Both the position numbers and the translations under genes were made by a program. From assembly GCF_963921235.1 (NCBI RefSeq), contig NC_086097.1, positions 202,122,001 to 202,186,000 of the forward strand: a stretch of 64,000 nucleotides of DNA. The letters are read 5' to 3'. This DNA is from Mobula hypostoma (taxonomy: Eukaryota). Each line of letters begins with the position of its first letter. Within the stretch, counting starts at the first letter, position 1. Below are positions 48,185-63,620 of this stretch, one piece after another. A model generated the notes under the pieces. The model did not search any database, was not told where the DNA came from, and saw only the letters and a program-made list of their open reading frames with translations.

Positions 48185-49230
48185 CATGGAGTTATACATC
48201 ATGGAAACAGATCATTTAGCCCAGATCATTATGCCAGCAAGATGCATACTTCAGCTGGTCTCATTTGCTTGTGTTTGGCCCATACTCTTTTCAACTCTTC
48301 CTATCCATGTACCTTTTTAAATATTGGAATTGTACTTTTCTCTACCAGTTCCTTTGGCAGCTAATTTTATCTCCTACCACCCTCTGAGGAAAGACTTGCC
48401 TCTCGGGACCCCTTTCCCCTCTCATCTCAAAACTCTGCTTTATAATTTTAGGTTCTCCTACATTCGACAAAACTGAGTGTTTGCCTTACCAATGCCCCTC
48501 ATAATTTTATATACCTTGCTAAGCTCAACTCTCAGCCTGCTATGCTCCAGGGGAGAAAAGCAGCCTCGTTATAAATCAAGCTCTCTGGTCCTGGTGACAT
48601 CCTTGTTTTTTGTGCAATTTCCAGTTTAATGCCATCCTCCTATTGCTAGGTAACCAGATTACAGACATTACTTCAAGTGCAATCTCAGAAATTGTAACCT
48701 GATAGTTTAACTATTGCACTCGATGCCCTCACCAATGAAGGCAAGCAGGCCCTCACCACCCTGTCTGCTTGTGCTACCATTTTCAAGGAACTATGTACTT
48801 GTACCCCTCAGTCTGTCTGCTACAACACTCCCCAGGGCCCAGCCATTTTCTGTGCAAGCCCTATCCTAGTTTAACTTCCCAAAATACAACACTTTGCAAT
48901 TGTATAAGCTAAATTCCATCCACCCTTCCAACCTTTGCTAGTTGATATAGACCCTGTTTTAATCTAAGAAGACCTTCTTCACTGTTCACTATACCACGAA
49001 TTTTGTATCATCCACAAACTTCCAGTCACACCAACTACTTTCTCAAACAAATTGTTAATATAGGTGACAACAGTAGAAACAGCATTGACCCCTGTGATGC
49101 ACAGCGCTGGTCACAAGCCTCTAAACTGACGAAACAAATCTCCACTACCACCTTCTGACTCATAGTACCAAATCAATTTGTATCCATTTTGACAGGTTAC
49201 CCTGGCTGGCATGTAATCAAAAATTCCAGG
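48185..49230 (-). mobile_element. Old decayed CR1 3' portion
   Basis: The reverse complement matches the CR1 RT C-terminus and UTR (CATGGAAACAG..CATTTAGCCC start on plus). Confidence 0.65.
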
Positions 49231-50539
49231 CTTTCTAAATACACGTTCTTAATGATATCGTGATATTTACTATTTTGCAGTGCTTATTAATATCAGACAG
49301 CAACAGTATTGGAATATCCCTGGAAGAGGGTGGAGAAAAATGTCAGTTGCTTTTGAGGCTTTTATATATATAACACATCAATCAAAATCTCACTTTACAC
49401 CACTACCCAATTTTCATTCTTTGTTTAATGTAAATCCAGAACCCAAAAGTTAACTTCAAAAAGGGATGGCGGAAAAAGCATAAATGAAAAATCTATCTTA
49501 TCTATTCATCTCTGAGATCTATTATTCTTAAAGGTAGTTATTATTCTGTTATAAATCCCATGCCTATTTATCTATTCCATAAACCCATCTTTTAATTACT
49601 TTTGGATTGATTTATCATTTAACCACATTATTTAATATTACTTCATTTCATTTTCTTCCCAATTTTTATTTTGTTGTATTTTTGCATCATTTCTCCCAAA
49701 ATGTATACCAATTTTATGCACAAATATAATTAAATAAATTAGAACACAAAGAATACTTTGAAATCGCAAATTATTGCAGGTCATCTTTGAATCATCCTTT
49801 TAAGCTGGATATGTAATTGATTTAACCCACTCATATTGTTATATTTTGGTCTTGCTTATGTTCATTAACATGACTTCAGAGTCCAACGGGTGTACATTAA
49901 TTAATGAGGTATCACATCATTGTCAAAAATACAAGAATTTTAAAATGTGGGTACTTCATTATGTTAAACATCAACCAATTTTTTTGGGAATTGTCCATTA
50001 TCATTAATAGAAGCATTCAAATTACTTTAATATCTCCTTAAAATAGCAACACACTTAGAAGCAGAAGGAAGCTCCTTCAAGGCTGTATAGCCCTTAATTA
50101 ACATAATGGCCGATTTGATTGCCATCTCGTCCACAATTCTGTCCTCTCCCAGTAATCTTACAGCCATTTGCTTTCTCTCTATCTACCTCCACCTTCAAAG
50201 TGTTCAAAGACTCTACTTCCTCCACCCTTTGAGGAAGAAGTTCCAATACCTCGTCTCTGCCTTTAAAGGATAACTCCTGATTTTAAAGTAATGATGACTG
50301 GTTCTAGATTCTCCTTCTAAAGCAAACATTCTGGTGAAATTCACAATAGTGTTATTATCTTCACTAATTTAAATGACTATCTAGACAGCCTTTTGACATC
50401 TGTGCCCCTGTAAAGTTCTGGAGCAATAATTTGTTTAAATAATGAGTCACAACAGAAGATTTTTTGGAGATCCTTGCTCATTATTCTTCTCTGAACCTTT
50501 GCCTTTTCATGAGTGAGGTGACTGTACATTTAAAATGAT

Positions 50540-52025
50540 ATAATGTAAATTAATCTCATATTAAGTTTTACTGATTTTTGTTTGAAGAGGCAACAAAATG
50601 TATTGATGAGGAAAGGGCAGTGATTGAAATGGACTTTAGTGAAGCCTTCTAAAAGTTCCACATGGGGTACTGGCAGAAAAGGTCTGGGCCCATGTGATCC
50701 GGAGCAAGTTGGCAAACTGGATCCAAAATTGAATCAGAATCGGGTTTATTATCACCGGCATATGTCGTGAAATCTGTTAACTTAGCAGCAACAGTTCAAT
50801 ACAGTACATAATATAGTAGAGAAAAATAAAATAAAAGTAATAATAAATAAATAAATTACAGTACACATACACAGTATTGAATAGATTAAAAATCAAGCAA
50901 AAACAGAAATAATATATATTTTAAAAGTGAGGTAGTGTTCAAGGGTTCGGTGTCCATTTAGGAATCAAATGGCAGAGGGGAAGAAGCTGTTTCTGAATTA
51001 CTGAGTGTGTGCCTTCAGGCTTCTATACCTGATGGTAACTGTGAGAAACGGGATTGGTTTTGAAATTGAATGCCTCTGGCTATCAGGCTTCCACAAATAT
51101 CAGTGCTGGAGACCTTTCTGTTCATGCAATATGTGAATGGCTTAGATGTGGATGCAGGAAGCAAGATCAATACGTTTACAGATGACAAAAAGATTTGAAC
51201 AATGGTTGATAATGTAGAAGATAGTCAGGCTGCTGAGAGAAATCGAATGTGTTGAAAAATTACACATGGAGTTTAACCAAACAAAATGCGAAGTGATGCA
51301 TTGAGAATGCTAATAATGCTATACTGTATACCATGAATGGCAGGATTATAGGGAATATTGAGGAATAGAGAGACCTTGCAATACAAGTCCTTAAATCTTT
51401 CAAGGTGACATCATCATTAATACTGTTATAACATCATTAGGAAAGCACATGAATTCATGGTTCCTTAGTCAGGGCATTGAATGAAAAAGTGGGGAGGTTA
51501 TGCTCCAACTTCATAAAACTTTGGTTAGAGCTCATCTAGAGAGCTGGATGCATTTCTGGTCATCACGTTATAGTAAGGACGTGATAGTTCTGGAGAAAGT
51601 GCAGAGGAGACTCTGTAAGGTCTGGGATGGAGCAGTATATTTTTGAGGAAAGATCAGAGAAGGTATGTTTATTCTCCCTGGAACTGAGAAGGTTAAAAGG
51701 GGACATAATTGAGCTATATAAAATTATCAGTTATATGGATAGGATAGACTGCAGTAAACTTCCCTGTGGTTAGATAAAATAGAGGACATAGTTTTAGGGT
51801 AAGTTGGAAAATATTTAGAGGGGATATACAGGGAACCTTCTTCAAACTGGAATGCACTGCTTGCAAGAATGATTAAAGTTGGGCCACTGACACTATTTCA
51901 GAAGTGTCTTGTTTAGGCTTCGAGGCCTGTGGACCAATTGCTGGACAATGGGATTAATACAGAAGGGTACCACTTGTTGACATGCACAATTTGGTCCAAT
52001 GACTTATTTCCATGCTATATGATCC
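50540..52025 (+). mobile_element. Old CR1 with a minus-strand Rex1 3' end inserted at ~50730-51050
   Basis: MDFSEAF..VPHG and FTDD.KI motifs with HLESWMHFWS. The inserted piece has a GAATCAGAATCGGGTTTATT tail. Confidence 0.7.
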
Positions 52026-53554
52026 TGCGAGTATAATAATATATATTTTTCTCTTAGGAAATACAAAAATCTAAACATTTCTGAATAAAACCTAAAAACC
52101 TTCCTTAAATCTCTTAAATCTTAATTATAACTCTTACATTTTTCTCAAACAACTATATTTATGCTCTTGTGATAACTCTATATACCCTAATTATTCAAAT
52201 CAGATTACCACATTCATGTGATAATCCCAGGCCATGAGAAAGAAATTGTTCATTCGATGAATATCACTAGTACCTGGAAATGCCTAATAATAGAAAAGCA
52301 TAGCTGATAATTTGAACAGTTGTTTAACAAATGTAAATTAGCATTGGATGTATGATTTAAAACATTGTATCAACATGCAAAAACAAAGGTTTTAACCCAA
52401 GACACTCTGCAAGAAAAAATATGATACACATTTAACGGGACAAAAGAAATTCAGACTATAGCCTATTTAAGTTTTGCTTTCCCACTTTTCAGTCTCTGAC
52501 ATTTGCTGAGTTTTCCAGATCCAGTATTTCTCTCTCCATTTCTGTCTTTTCATAAATCTAACAAAGGTAGTTTTAACAAACTTCATTTTTTTACAGAAGG
52601 ACTAACACAAACTCTACTGCTTACTCTGACATTTTAATTGTGACTCAGTTGAACTAAGGGATCTTGGAAAAGCAGAAATGTACAAGATATCAGTAAAAGT
52701 ATACAGAGAATTCATTATGAGTCTTTCTCTTGCTTTGTTACACCTCTTCTACAAGCCCTTTTCTTTTTCAGTTTCAAGGTTATCCTTATTATTATGGAAA
52801 ATTTGCATTCCTAAAATAGTTGCCATTGGTTAACAATTTTCTTTAAATGTCTGAACTTTATTTGTCTGTGTTTTTATTTCTAATTGTTCCAACTTGTAGT
52901 CTTTTCAATGCCTTCAAGGATAATGGAGCTACTAATTGTATCTCATGCAAAAGGTCATTAGGAATAGAATCAGATGAAGGTCGTTTGCTCCTTGCGTGAG
53001 GTATAGCAAGGTATCTGAAGTGATGGCAAAGATTAATGTAAATAACTATAATCTAATTGCCACTTTAGGGATATGGCAGCTGGGTGACCAAATCCTGAAG
53101 CTGAATGTTCAAGGATACTTGACGGTGCTATTAATAAGGGATGAGACCTTTTACAATAATGATAATTTATCTTGGCTTCGCAGCATCTTCATATAGAATT
53201 AGTATTAAGTTTGTTGGAGTTAAGAAATGGTAGAGGGCAGAGAAAATAATGGGAGTTATTTATGAGTTACCAAATCATAGTTGTGATATTAGGCACAGTA
53301 ACACAGTATACATCAAGAAATTATAAGTGCATATTAACAAGGGAATACGGTAATCGTGGGGAGCATTCTACATTTATATACAGAGTGAACAAGTCAAATT
53401 AGCTGTAATAAAGGCAGAACACAACTTAAAATAATGTATTCTCTATGGATTTCTGGTCAATACATTGAGAATTCAACTTAGGAAAAGGCAAAATGTCACT
53501 TGTGCTATGTCTTGTGCAACGAGAAATCATTAGTTCAGCCTTTTGCTGCAAGCA

Positions 53555-54113
53555 ATATTATGATCACATCTATTTTCTGAAGGGGCTGAAGAGAGCTGGA
53601 TTTTGTACATCCATACTTACGTCATTCTGCAGATGCGCAGTAAAGTGCTTCTTAACATGCTGCATCACTGCTTGGTACGGAAACTGTAATGGGTAGTCAA
53701 GACTGCCCAATGCATCACTGGCACCACCAGGGACATATGTACAGAAAGGTACCAGAAAAGGCCCAGTATCATCATGAAGGATCTCATACCTTTTGCCTAT
53801 GGACAGTCACATCAAGGAAGAGACTATGTAGCATCCATGCCAGGACCACCTCTGCCCACTAACTTCACCACTGCTTTATTATTTCCTGTCAGTCATCTTA
53901 TGTACAGCCTGGCATCACTTTATGGACATACAATCAACCTCTTTATAAGATGTCTTATGTATTTATATTTATTATGTGTTGTTAATTTTATTATTATTGT
54001 GTTCTTTATCTTTTGTGTTTTATTTGTATGCTGCAACAGATCCAGAGTAACAATTATTTCATTCTCCTTACACTTATGTACAGGAAATGACATTAAACAA
54101 TCTTGGATCTTGA
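53555..54113 (+). mobile_element. Rex1/Babar 3' portion within a decayed CR1 (from ~52995)
   Basis: YFLKGLKRA..TSF.RCAV...LTCCITAWYGNC, followed by an ATTAAACAATCTTGGATCTTGA tail. Confidence 0.75.
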
Positions 54114-54409
54114 AATACTATTTTGGGAAAAGTACCCATAATACTATAGAATTTTACATAGCGTTTGCAAATGATGCACTTCAATCCAAATTTCTGGTTT
54201 AAGTAAAAACAAACTAAACTAAAAAGATATGGTAGGCATGTTCGAAATACTGTAGTCGATTGGGGAAATAACTTTAAAAAATATGATGGTGGATGGACAA
54301 TGGGTCAAATTTAATTAAATAATACATAATTTGCAAAATGTAAAGACATTAGTTTATATCCGACAGGAGAAATTAAAATGGCATCACACAAGAAACTTAC
54401 AAAGGAACA

Positions 54410-56490
54410 GTGACCACAACTTCTTATCTTTCAGGATAGCTTTGATAAGGTTAGGTATTTAGAGCTCTCTTTAAATTGGAATAGGGCTAATTACAAGGAT
54501 ATTAGGCAAGAACCAAGAAGCATTAATTGAGAACACCCTTTCTCTGGCAAGTCAACATCAGATATGTGGAGGGTGTTTGAAGATCAATTGCACAGAGTAC
54601 AAGAAAAGTATGTTCCTGCTAGAAGGAAGGATGGGGATGGAAAGATAAGGGAACCTTGTACAGTATGTCCCAAGAGTTGATGGGTTTAGTCAAGAAGAAA
54701 AAGGAAAAGTATGTAAAGCTTCAGAAGGCAGGATCAAATGAAACACGAGAGGAATATAAAGAAGCCAGAAAAGAACTAAAGAAGGGAATTAGGAAAACCA
54801 GGAGGGGCCATGAAAAGTGTTGGCAAGTAGGATTAAGGTAAATCCCAAAGGCATTGTATACGTACATCAAGAGTAAAAGGATAACTAGGGAAAAGGTGGG
54901 ACCATTCAAGGATAATTTGCCTGGATGCAGAGAATGTATTTACCAAGGAAAATGATATGGAGGACCAGGAGATCAGTGCATAGTGTATAAATACAATAGA
55001 ATAGTTAGAGGTCAAGGAGAGGAACTGTTGGGCCTCCTAATGAGTATTAAGCTGGATAGATCCCCAGAGCCTGATGGGATTTACCCCAGGTTACAGAATG
55101 AGACAAGAGATGATATTGCTCAGCCCTTGACCAGCATCTTCATATCTTCATGCCCTCTCTGGCTACAGGCAAGGTTTTGGTGGATTGGCGAGCAGCTAAT
55201 GTTGTACCTCCATTTAAGAAGGCAACAAGGGAATATCCTGGGAACTATAGACTGGTGTGTCTCACGTCAGTTGTAGGGGAATTGCTGGAGAAATTCTTAG
55301 GGATTGGGATATATGTGCATTTGTAAAGCCATGACCTAATTAGGGAGAACCAGCATAGCTTTGTGCATGGCAGATTATGCCTTACCTAATTGATAGAGTT
55401 TTTTGACAAGGTGACAAGAGAAATACATGAGGGTAGGGCAGTGGATGTTGTCTACATGGATTTAACAAAGTCCTTCATGGAAGGCTAATCCAGAAGATTA
55501 AGATGAATAGGATCAGCGACAAATTGGTTGTTTGGATTCAGAATTAGCTTGCGCAAAGAAGACATAGGGTAGTGGTTGAAGGGACTTTTTTGAGCTGTAG
55601 GTCTGTATTTAGTGGAGTTCTACAGTGATCTGTTCTGGGACCTCTGCTGTGTGTAATGTATATAAATTACCTGGATGAAAATGTAGATAGATGGGTCAGT
55701 AAATTTGTGGATAATACCAAGACTGGTGGAGTTGTGGATAGTGTAGAAGAATGGCAAAAAATACCGCTCAATATAGACCAGTTGCAGATGTGGGCTGAGA
55801 AATGGCAGCCCACATAAATTGCAGCTCAGTAGGGCAAATGCAAGGAGACAGTACACTGTTGTGTACGAGATCCTTAATTGTTGCTGAGTATAGAGGTCTT
55901 GAGATCCAAGTTTACTGTTCCTTGAAAGTGGCTACACAGGTTGATAAGGTGGTTAAGAAGGCTCATGGAATGCTTGCTTCTATAAGTCAAGGCACTGAGT
56001 TCAAAAGTCAGGAGGTTATGCTGCAACTTTATAAAACTGGTTAGGCCACATCTGGAGTATTGTATACAGTTGTGGTTGCCCCCACTATAGGAAGGATGTT
56101 GAGGCTTTGGAGAGAGTGCAGAAGAGGTTCACCAGGTTGCTACCTGGTTTAGAGGGCATCTGCTATCAAGAGAGGCTGGATGAACTTGGGTTGTTTTCTC
56201 TGGAGCGTCGGAGACTAAGGGGAGATCTGATAGAGCTTTACTAGATTATGAGAGGCATAGACAGTGTGGACAGAGAGTATCTGTTTCCCAGGGTTGAAAT
56301 GTCTAATACCAGAGGGCATGCACTAAAGGTGAAAGGGGGTAGTTTCAGGGGAGGATGTGAGGGGTAAGCTTTTTGCTCAGAGAGTTGTGGATGCCTGGAA
56401 TTTTCTGCCTGGTATGGTGGGTGAGGCAAATACATCAGGGGCTTTTAACAGACTTTTGGATAGGCACATGGATATAAGGAAGATGGAGAG
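54410..56490 (+). mobile_element. Decayed CR1 LINE
   Basis: KAGS...[39 protein letters not shown] and TRGHALKVKGG motifs. Followed by Rex1-type tails at 56500-56945. Confidence 0.88.
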
Positions 56491-58149
56491 ATTTTCATCT
56501 CCATCACCCAGGACATGCCTTCTTCTCATTGTTACTGTCAAGAAGGAGGTACAGAAGCCTGAAGGTACACACTCAATGATTCAGTAACAGTTTCTACCCC
56601 TCTGCCATCCAATTTCTAAATGGACATTCAACCCATGAACACTACCTCACTTTTATCATTTCTGTTTTAGCACTATTTTAAATTTAACTATTTGATATAC
56701 ATGTATACTTAATGTAACTGATGTACTTCTTTTTATATTATCATGTATTGCATTGTCCATCTGCTGACAAGTTAACAAATTTCACGACATTCTAATTCTG
56801 ATATATGGACTTCCTAAGTTCGATGTACTGACTATATTTTGTAAAATATACTGTAGATTCTTATGTTTTTGTATTGTACAGCTACCACAAAACAACAGAT
56901 TTCAAATCATATAAATCAATGATAATAAATCTGATTCTGATTCTGCTAAAACAGTGTAGTTGAATAGATTTTGAAGGGAAAATAACACAGTGAATTAATC
57001 TACATATAATCTTAGCAATTGATAGTACTTCAAGTTTAAAGCAATTTCTCCTACTAATATTCACTCCTTTTGCAATAATTCTCTGCAAGATGGAAGCTGC
57101 AACCTTGTATTCATTGTGAGTGTGTCTCCTTGCTTTAAAGTTGCAGTACACAAGCTAACTTCCTTAAAATTAACCAATTGTTGCCAAGACATTTGTCTCA
57201 AAATCTTTTCCCAATCCAATTTTTCTAACTTCAGACAGGTCCTAACCATCCCACTTTCCAAATAATCTTTTGTCCTCTTTCAGTACCTTGGAATCCAGAT
57301 TGTATTTGATTTTGCAACTGTTTCACCCTCAAGATTTCATTGTGGCACGTATAACATTAGAATCAGAAAAATAACTCTCTGTTGTTCCCTGCTGCACAAT
57401 AATCCAACAACCACTTCCTTTATTACATCTCCAGAAAGGTTATAAATTAATATCAGTGCATTCCATCTTTCTGTTCATTAAAGAATAATGCTCATACCTC
57501 TCAATGAAGAATAAAAATAGAAGTTAAACTTCTTTATTAATGTTAGATTGATAAGCTCCATGCGAAACCCATCCTGCTTCCCAGTCTACTCTGTCTGGAG
57601 AGTTTCATCTCTTTCACCAAGAAGAAGGATCGCTCTGGAGGTTCAACTGTGAATGTCCAGAAACAAATCTCAGGCGGTAGAATGGGCAGGAAAATACAAA
57701 CTTTTAATATAATTTCCTCTCTCAATCCCTACTTCAATTGGGACTTGAAAGATGGCCACCCTCTGAAACTCACTTCCTTTGTCCTTCCTTTTCACTATAG
57801 TTTATTGTAGAGTCACTGAATTGTTCAGGAAGCGAAGGAGCAAACTTTTCAGCCCACCATGTCCATGTTTACCGTTTTGCCAATCTACACTATCTACACT
57901 AATATTTGCCTCCATATCTTTTGATGCCCTGAATTTTCCATTGCCTGTCTAAATGCCTCTTAAATGTAGTGATTGCATCTGATTCTACCATCTCCTTTGG
58001 TTCCAGGTATCAAACATTCTCTGTGCTAAAATGCTTTCCCCTCCAATCTCCTTCAAAACTTCTTCCTCTCACCTTACCTAAACCTACACTCTCTTGTTTT
58101 TGATACCCCTAACTTGTATGAAGATCAAGACTACTTACCCTGTTTCACC

Positions 58150-59560
58150 ATTCCAAGCCACTCTGTTTAAGCTAGCTCTTCCAAATACGAGATCCCTTTC
58201 AAATAAGAATTTTATTTCAAATAATTTTATTATCTCTACAGAATTTGATTTTATAGATTTTAAGTTCTTAACTGAGACCGGGTTAAAGCCAAATGAACAC
58301 AGCCAGTCATCTGAACCGAGTTCCCCTGACTATGACAGTGTCAGAGTACAAAGGCCTGATGAAAAAGTTTGGCAGCTTGCCACTGTGTTCAAAAAGCATT
58401 TTTGGTGCAATTTACTGTCTGTCAACAAATTTTAAAGTTTTGAGGTACATATGTTTAAAACTTGTGGCATGGATCCTGTCGTTTGTGTTATCATTAATCG
58501 CCCTCCTAAATCCAATGCCTGCTTTCTCTCAGAATTCTTATCATCTAAAATATTGAACTATGATAGAATTCTCATCTCTGGTGATTTCAGTATTCATATT
58601 AATGTTCTCTCAAATGTGAATTCTATGGCAGCAGAATTCATAAGCTTACTAGATTGCTTAGATCTTACCCAGCATGTCACTGAGCCCACCTATTGACCTG
58701 GAAATACACTTGATTTAGTAATGACAGAAGGGTTAAATATTATTAATGTCTCTCTGTCTGATACCAAGCTGGTTAGTTTATATGATCCATGAGATTTTAA
58801 TCGTTCAGTAAATGAAATGGTCGATTCTTTCAACAATAACTTTCTTGGCAAATGTATTAAACACAGTTGTCCTACTTAGGGTTAAGTAGAAACCACTTCG
58901 TAAAACATCACCATCAATGAGCAATTCTGTTCGCAAATTCAAGAGATCATGCAGAGTAGCTAAGAGAAAATGGAGAAAAACTGGGCTAGAAGTCCACCAC
59001 AATATTTTCAAGGAAAAGCCCATCTCCTTTCATGCTGTGTTCTGCAAGAAAATCCCATTTTTCAAGGTTATCACAGAGAATAGTGGCAATTCGAGAATAC
59101 TGTTCTCAACTCTAAACAACAGTTGAACCCTGTCTCATTGTATAACATCCTCTGTCAAACATACACAATATTTTTTATCAACCAAAATTACTTCAGTTAG
59201 GGAGCGTATAGCTACAGATACTGGTAACCTCCACCACCAACCTCTCATAAAGACGGCAACCATATCAACTCTATAAGATGATAACAAAGAGTAAAGCGTC
59301 TATTTGCTGTTTTGACCCTGTCCCTACCACACTTTTTAAGTTTTAATAGTGTTTTCAATTCTGTTAGGAAAATTATTAACACATCCCTTGAAACTGGAGT
59401 TTTTCCAGATGCTCTCAAAACTGCGGCTGTCAATCTCCAACCAAAAAAGCCAAACCTCGATAGTGAGGAACTAGCTAACTACAAGCCGATATCAAAACTT
59501 CCCTTCCTGGGCAAGGTTCTTGAGAAAGTAATTTTCAACCAACTTTCTGAATGAGAACAA
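58150..59560 (+). mobile_element. Decayed L2-type LINE (APE to RT N-terminus)
   Basis: NTRSLSNK, LTETGLK, NRPPK, SGDFSIH, QHVTEPT, GNTLDLV and NYKPISKLPFLGKVLEK motifs. Confidence 0.8.
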
Positions 59561-59719
59561 TGTTCTAATTGAAGACAAATTATAATACTTTTGGTTGGTC
59601 CCAAAGCCAAATAATAAACTTGGGAACTCGTAAAATCAAATGTAACCAACTTGGGTGTGATCTTCGAAACATCAAGCTAAATCTGTGGCTGTACCATATT
59701 AAAGAGCTGGGCAAAAACC

Positions 59720-61830
59720 AAGAAAATATTTGTGGCTGCCCATTATACAGACACTTTCTTGATGTAAACTGAATGTGTGCACATCCATTGCGAGTGATGA
59801 GGCCCACTTACATCCTTGGGTGTGTGTGTATTTGTTATTTGTGTGTCCAGAGACAACTGATGAGTGAAATCTGTGCTAGGAAGTACCTCCCACATGTGGG
59901 GCCAATGTGTGAAGGTTCTGTAGTTGAGGTGCCTACTGCTAATTTTTTCCACTGTTGTTATTTCCTTTTGCTTCAGCGTTGCAATTCTTTTCAGCTCTGG
60001 TGGCACCTTTATTGAGAGGACTCTGCCAGGATGAGCGATTCAAGGCTGCATGTTCACAAAATGTGTGATCGATTTCAAGGGCCGTGAGCATGTCCTTGAA
60101 TAGTTTTCGCTGACCACCACGAGAGCACTTCTCTGTGGACAGTCCCCCAACCCCAAAGAACAACTGCATGAGGATGCAATTGTCTGACATCTGAATGACA
60201 TGGCCTGCCCCCCTGAACTGATGTTTCATCAGCAATGTGTGGATGGTGGGCATGTCTGCTGCAGACAGCGCTGCCGTGTCAGGAGTCTCGGTCTTGCCAA
60301 CTGATTTTCATGATCTTCCGTAGGCATGACAAGTGGAAGTGGTTCAGTCTACGCTATGTCTCATGTACACAGTCCACATTTTGCACACGTAGAGGAGGGT
60401 GGGTATAATGACAGCTCAGTAACTTTCAGCTTGGTCTTCAGAGTAATTACCCTTCTCCCCTAGACAGTGTCGTGTAGTCTCTCAGCATTGGCACTATCCT
60501 TGGTGATCCTGTAGCTGACCTCGTCGTCAATGGCAACTGTTCTTGAGAGGGTGCTGCCAAGATACGTGAATTGTCGAAGGCCTGGAGCTGCCAGCCGTTC
60601 ACAGAGATGGATGGCTCCACATAGGGTTGACCTGAGGCTTCTTGGTGAAGGACTTCCATCTTCTTGGTGCTGATGGTGAGACCCAAATTGTCACAAGCAG
60701 TGGAAAATTTGTCAATAATGTCCTGCATTTTGGACTCAGAGCTTGTGTCAGCGAATAGATAGTTTCCTAGCATCGTCTCTTTACCCTTAGAAATGGCTTA
60801 AAGGCTGCACAGGTTGAACAACTTGCCGTCCATCCTGTGGATTCCAGGATCACTGTCCCAGAATGCATCAGTCAACATTGCACTGAACATCATGCTGAAG
60901 AGGGTGGGCACCACCGTGCATCCCTACTTGACCCCATTTGTGATCGAGAAAGCATCAGAACAGCCATTTTCATCGAGCACACTGACATCCCATCATGAAA
61001 CTGCTTGACCATCGTGATGAATCTACCAGGGCAACCAAACTTCGCCATGCTCCTCCATAATCCTTCTCGGCTCATGGTGTCGAGGGCCTTGGTAAGATCT
61101 ACAATGGTGGTGTAGAGCTGTCTGTTCTGCTACTGGCAGTTTTCTTGGAGTTGTCTCACAGCAAAGATCAAGTCGATATTTCCTCTTCCTTTACTGAAGC
61201 CATGCTGATTTTCCAGGAGATGACCTCATTCCAAGTGAGCATTTAGCTTGTCTGGTTACGATTTTTCCAGCTACTGAGAGTGAGGAGATGCCTCTGTGGT
61301 TATTGCATGCTTAGCAGTTTCCCTTCATCTTGTACAGGTGTACAATGGATGCATCCTTCATTTCTTGTGGAATCTGACCCTTCTCTCAGATAAGGTTTGC
61401 TGGTGATGAGCGGACCACCTGTTTTGTAGCCCTTCACTTGTATAGCATCTGCTCCAGGAGCCTTGCCACTTGACAGCTGGCCTATTGCTTTCTTGATTTG
61501 CTCTTCTTGGGGAAGAGAATCCATCTCATGGTTGATATCTACTTGATCAAGATGATCAATTGCTTCCTTATTTATGGTGGATGGTCTGTTCTGCTCAGAT
61601 TCAAATGCTCTACCCATCTGTCCAGAATCTTGGCCTTTTCAGCAATGAGTGTGGAGCCATTTGCGCTCAGGAGGGGTGAGGTTCCGGAAGGCTGAGAGCC
61701 GTACAATGTTTCGATAGTATCAAAGAATCTCTTTGAGTCATGTCTATTGCATAGTCCTGAATCTCGTCAGCCTTTTTGCAGAGCCAAGAGTCTTGCATCT
61801 TCCTGAGTTTGACTTTTTAGACGGAGAGCC
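59720..61830 (-). mobile_element. Decayed RTE LINE
   Basis: GKAPGADAI, VDLTKALD, KFGCP.RF, LFAD, GLTISTKKMEV and HVIQMSDNC...GGQRKLFKD motifs. Confidence 0.88.
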
Positions 61831-63104
61831 TGGCAGCTCAGCAACATCTGTATTTAGAACCTCATTGACAAGGCAACAATTAGTATCTGCAACAAGGAAT
61901 AATTATCTACTGGCCTTTGGAAACTGAGGGGCCAATTAAAGAATTACTGGATTGAATTCTGAACATCTTAGGTTATATCTTAGGCTAATCAATTCTGCTT
62001 CTTCCATTAGATTTGTTTTCCTGTATTATAGGTTTTGAGATTATAGATTTCTGTTCCTCATCATATGATGAAACTGCTGAACGTAAGAATAACAATACTG
62101 TAGAGCTCTCAAAAACAATTCCTCATATACATTCATGGATTGAAAATGTCAAAGAATGACCAGACTGGTGCATAATGACAATGAAGCAGATCTCAGGAAT
62201 TTCCTGGTCACTTTTTTTTGCCCTTGATGTGATTATCAGCACAGCCCATCTCTCCAAAAACGTCAATCAACCAGATGATTGTGTTCCCAGTTTGAGATGT
62301 GCTGGTGCTTCTGGAAGTGAGAAACGCAATTGAAATAGCTATGCTCCTGAGATCTCTGACATCTCAATTCATTTCTAAATAATCTATAATGAATCAAAAT
62401 ATTCAAATCTTAATCCATTTCAATAAACTATTGAGGAAATGTAAGGTATACAAACTTCTGAATGAGACATGAAGTAAGTCCCCTTTTTCTTTTCCAGGTG
62501 AATTCTAAGAAGTATCCATGGGTATGAAGATTGCAGGAAGATTTCTGTCTCCTTTCCAGCATCCAGAACTCTCACTCAAAACTATTCACAAAAAAAATGA
62601 ACTGATCATTTATCTCATTTCCTGTTTGTGGGGTCTTGCTCTCAAATTAATCCTTTCTTTACTTTGGTTTAGAAAAATACAATTCAAATGTAATTAATTA
62701 ATTAATAGTTTAGTATTTCAGTATTTCCTGAGGAAGTTTTGAAATTCATTCTTTGAATACTGGGTCCTAAGCTGATGTATTCAGTTTACTTTACTTGGAT
62801 GATCCACCATCATTAGGAAGAATACATACATTTTAAATTAAAATTATATTATGCTTAAAATATATCCATGCCATTTTCTTGTCATCTGGGATTTACAAAT
62901 CATTTAGTCACTCTTAAGAGGGAAGCTGAAAATGCATATATTATGTATGATTTCCCTTGTTCAAATGTGAAATAAGAGGCTGTTTCATTGTTAAGGAACT
63001 TCAAAAGGTTCCTAGCATCAAGTAGTGTTTGTATCTCAAAGGAGTTTTATTTCCAGATAAAAATATATGAGTTGGGATTAGATAAAAATGTTATTTAGCA
63101 GAAT

Positions 63105-63620
63105 CAAAGCAGTTGCGTGTCTGAAAGCATCTGTGTGGATGTATCACAGCTTGGTATGGCAACTGCTTTGCCCAAGTCTGCAAGAAACCGCAGAAAATTG
63201 TGCACACAGCTCAGCACATCACAGAAACAGGCCGGTCCTCCATGGATTCTGTTGACACTTCTCACTACCTCAGTAAAGCAGCCAACATAATCAAAGCTCA
63301 ACCCACCCTGGACAGTCTCTTTTCTCCTACTTCCCATTGGGCAGAAGCTACAAAAGCCTGAACGCATGTATCACCAGGATCAATGACAGGCTTCTAATAT
63401 AGTAAGTTGAATTCTTGACCTCACAAAATACCTCAGTTATGATCTTGCACCATATTACCTGTCCACACTGCACTTTCTCTGCAACAATTTATTCTAAATT
63501 GTTACTTACCTTGTCCAATCTCAATGTACTGTTGTAATGAAATAATCTGTATGCATAGCATGCAAAGCAAAGTTTTTCAAGGTACTTCAGTACATGTAAC
63601 AATAATAAACCAATTTACAA
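63105..63620 (+). mobile_element. Rex1/Babar LINE 3' end
   Basis: ESI..GCITAWYGNC.AQ..KK.QKIV.TAQHIT and HPGQSLF.LLP.GR motifs; AATAATAAACCAATT tail. Confidence 0.8.

Noticed and set aside
57545..57790. Stop-free plus-strand stretch in unique-looking sequence
   Set aside because: Weak splice signals and no recognisable domain.
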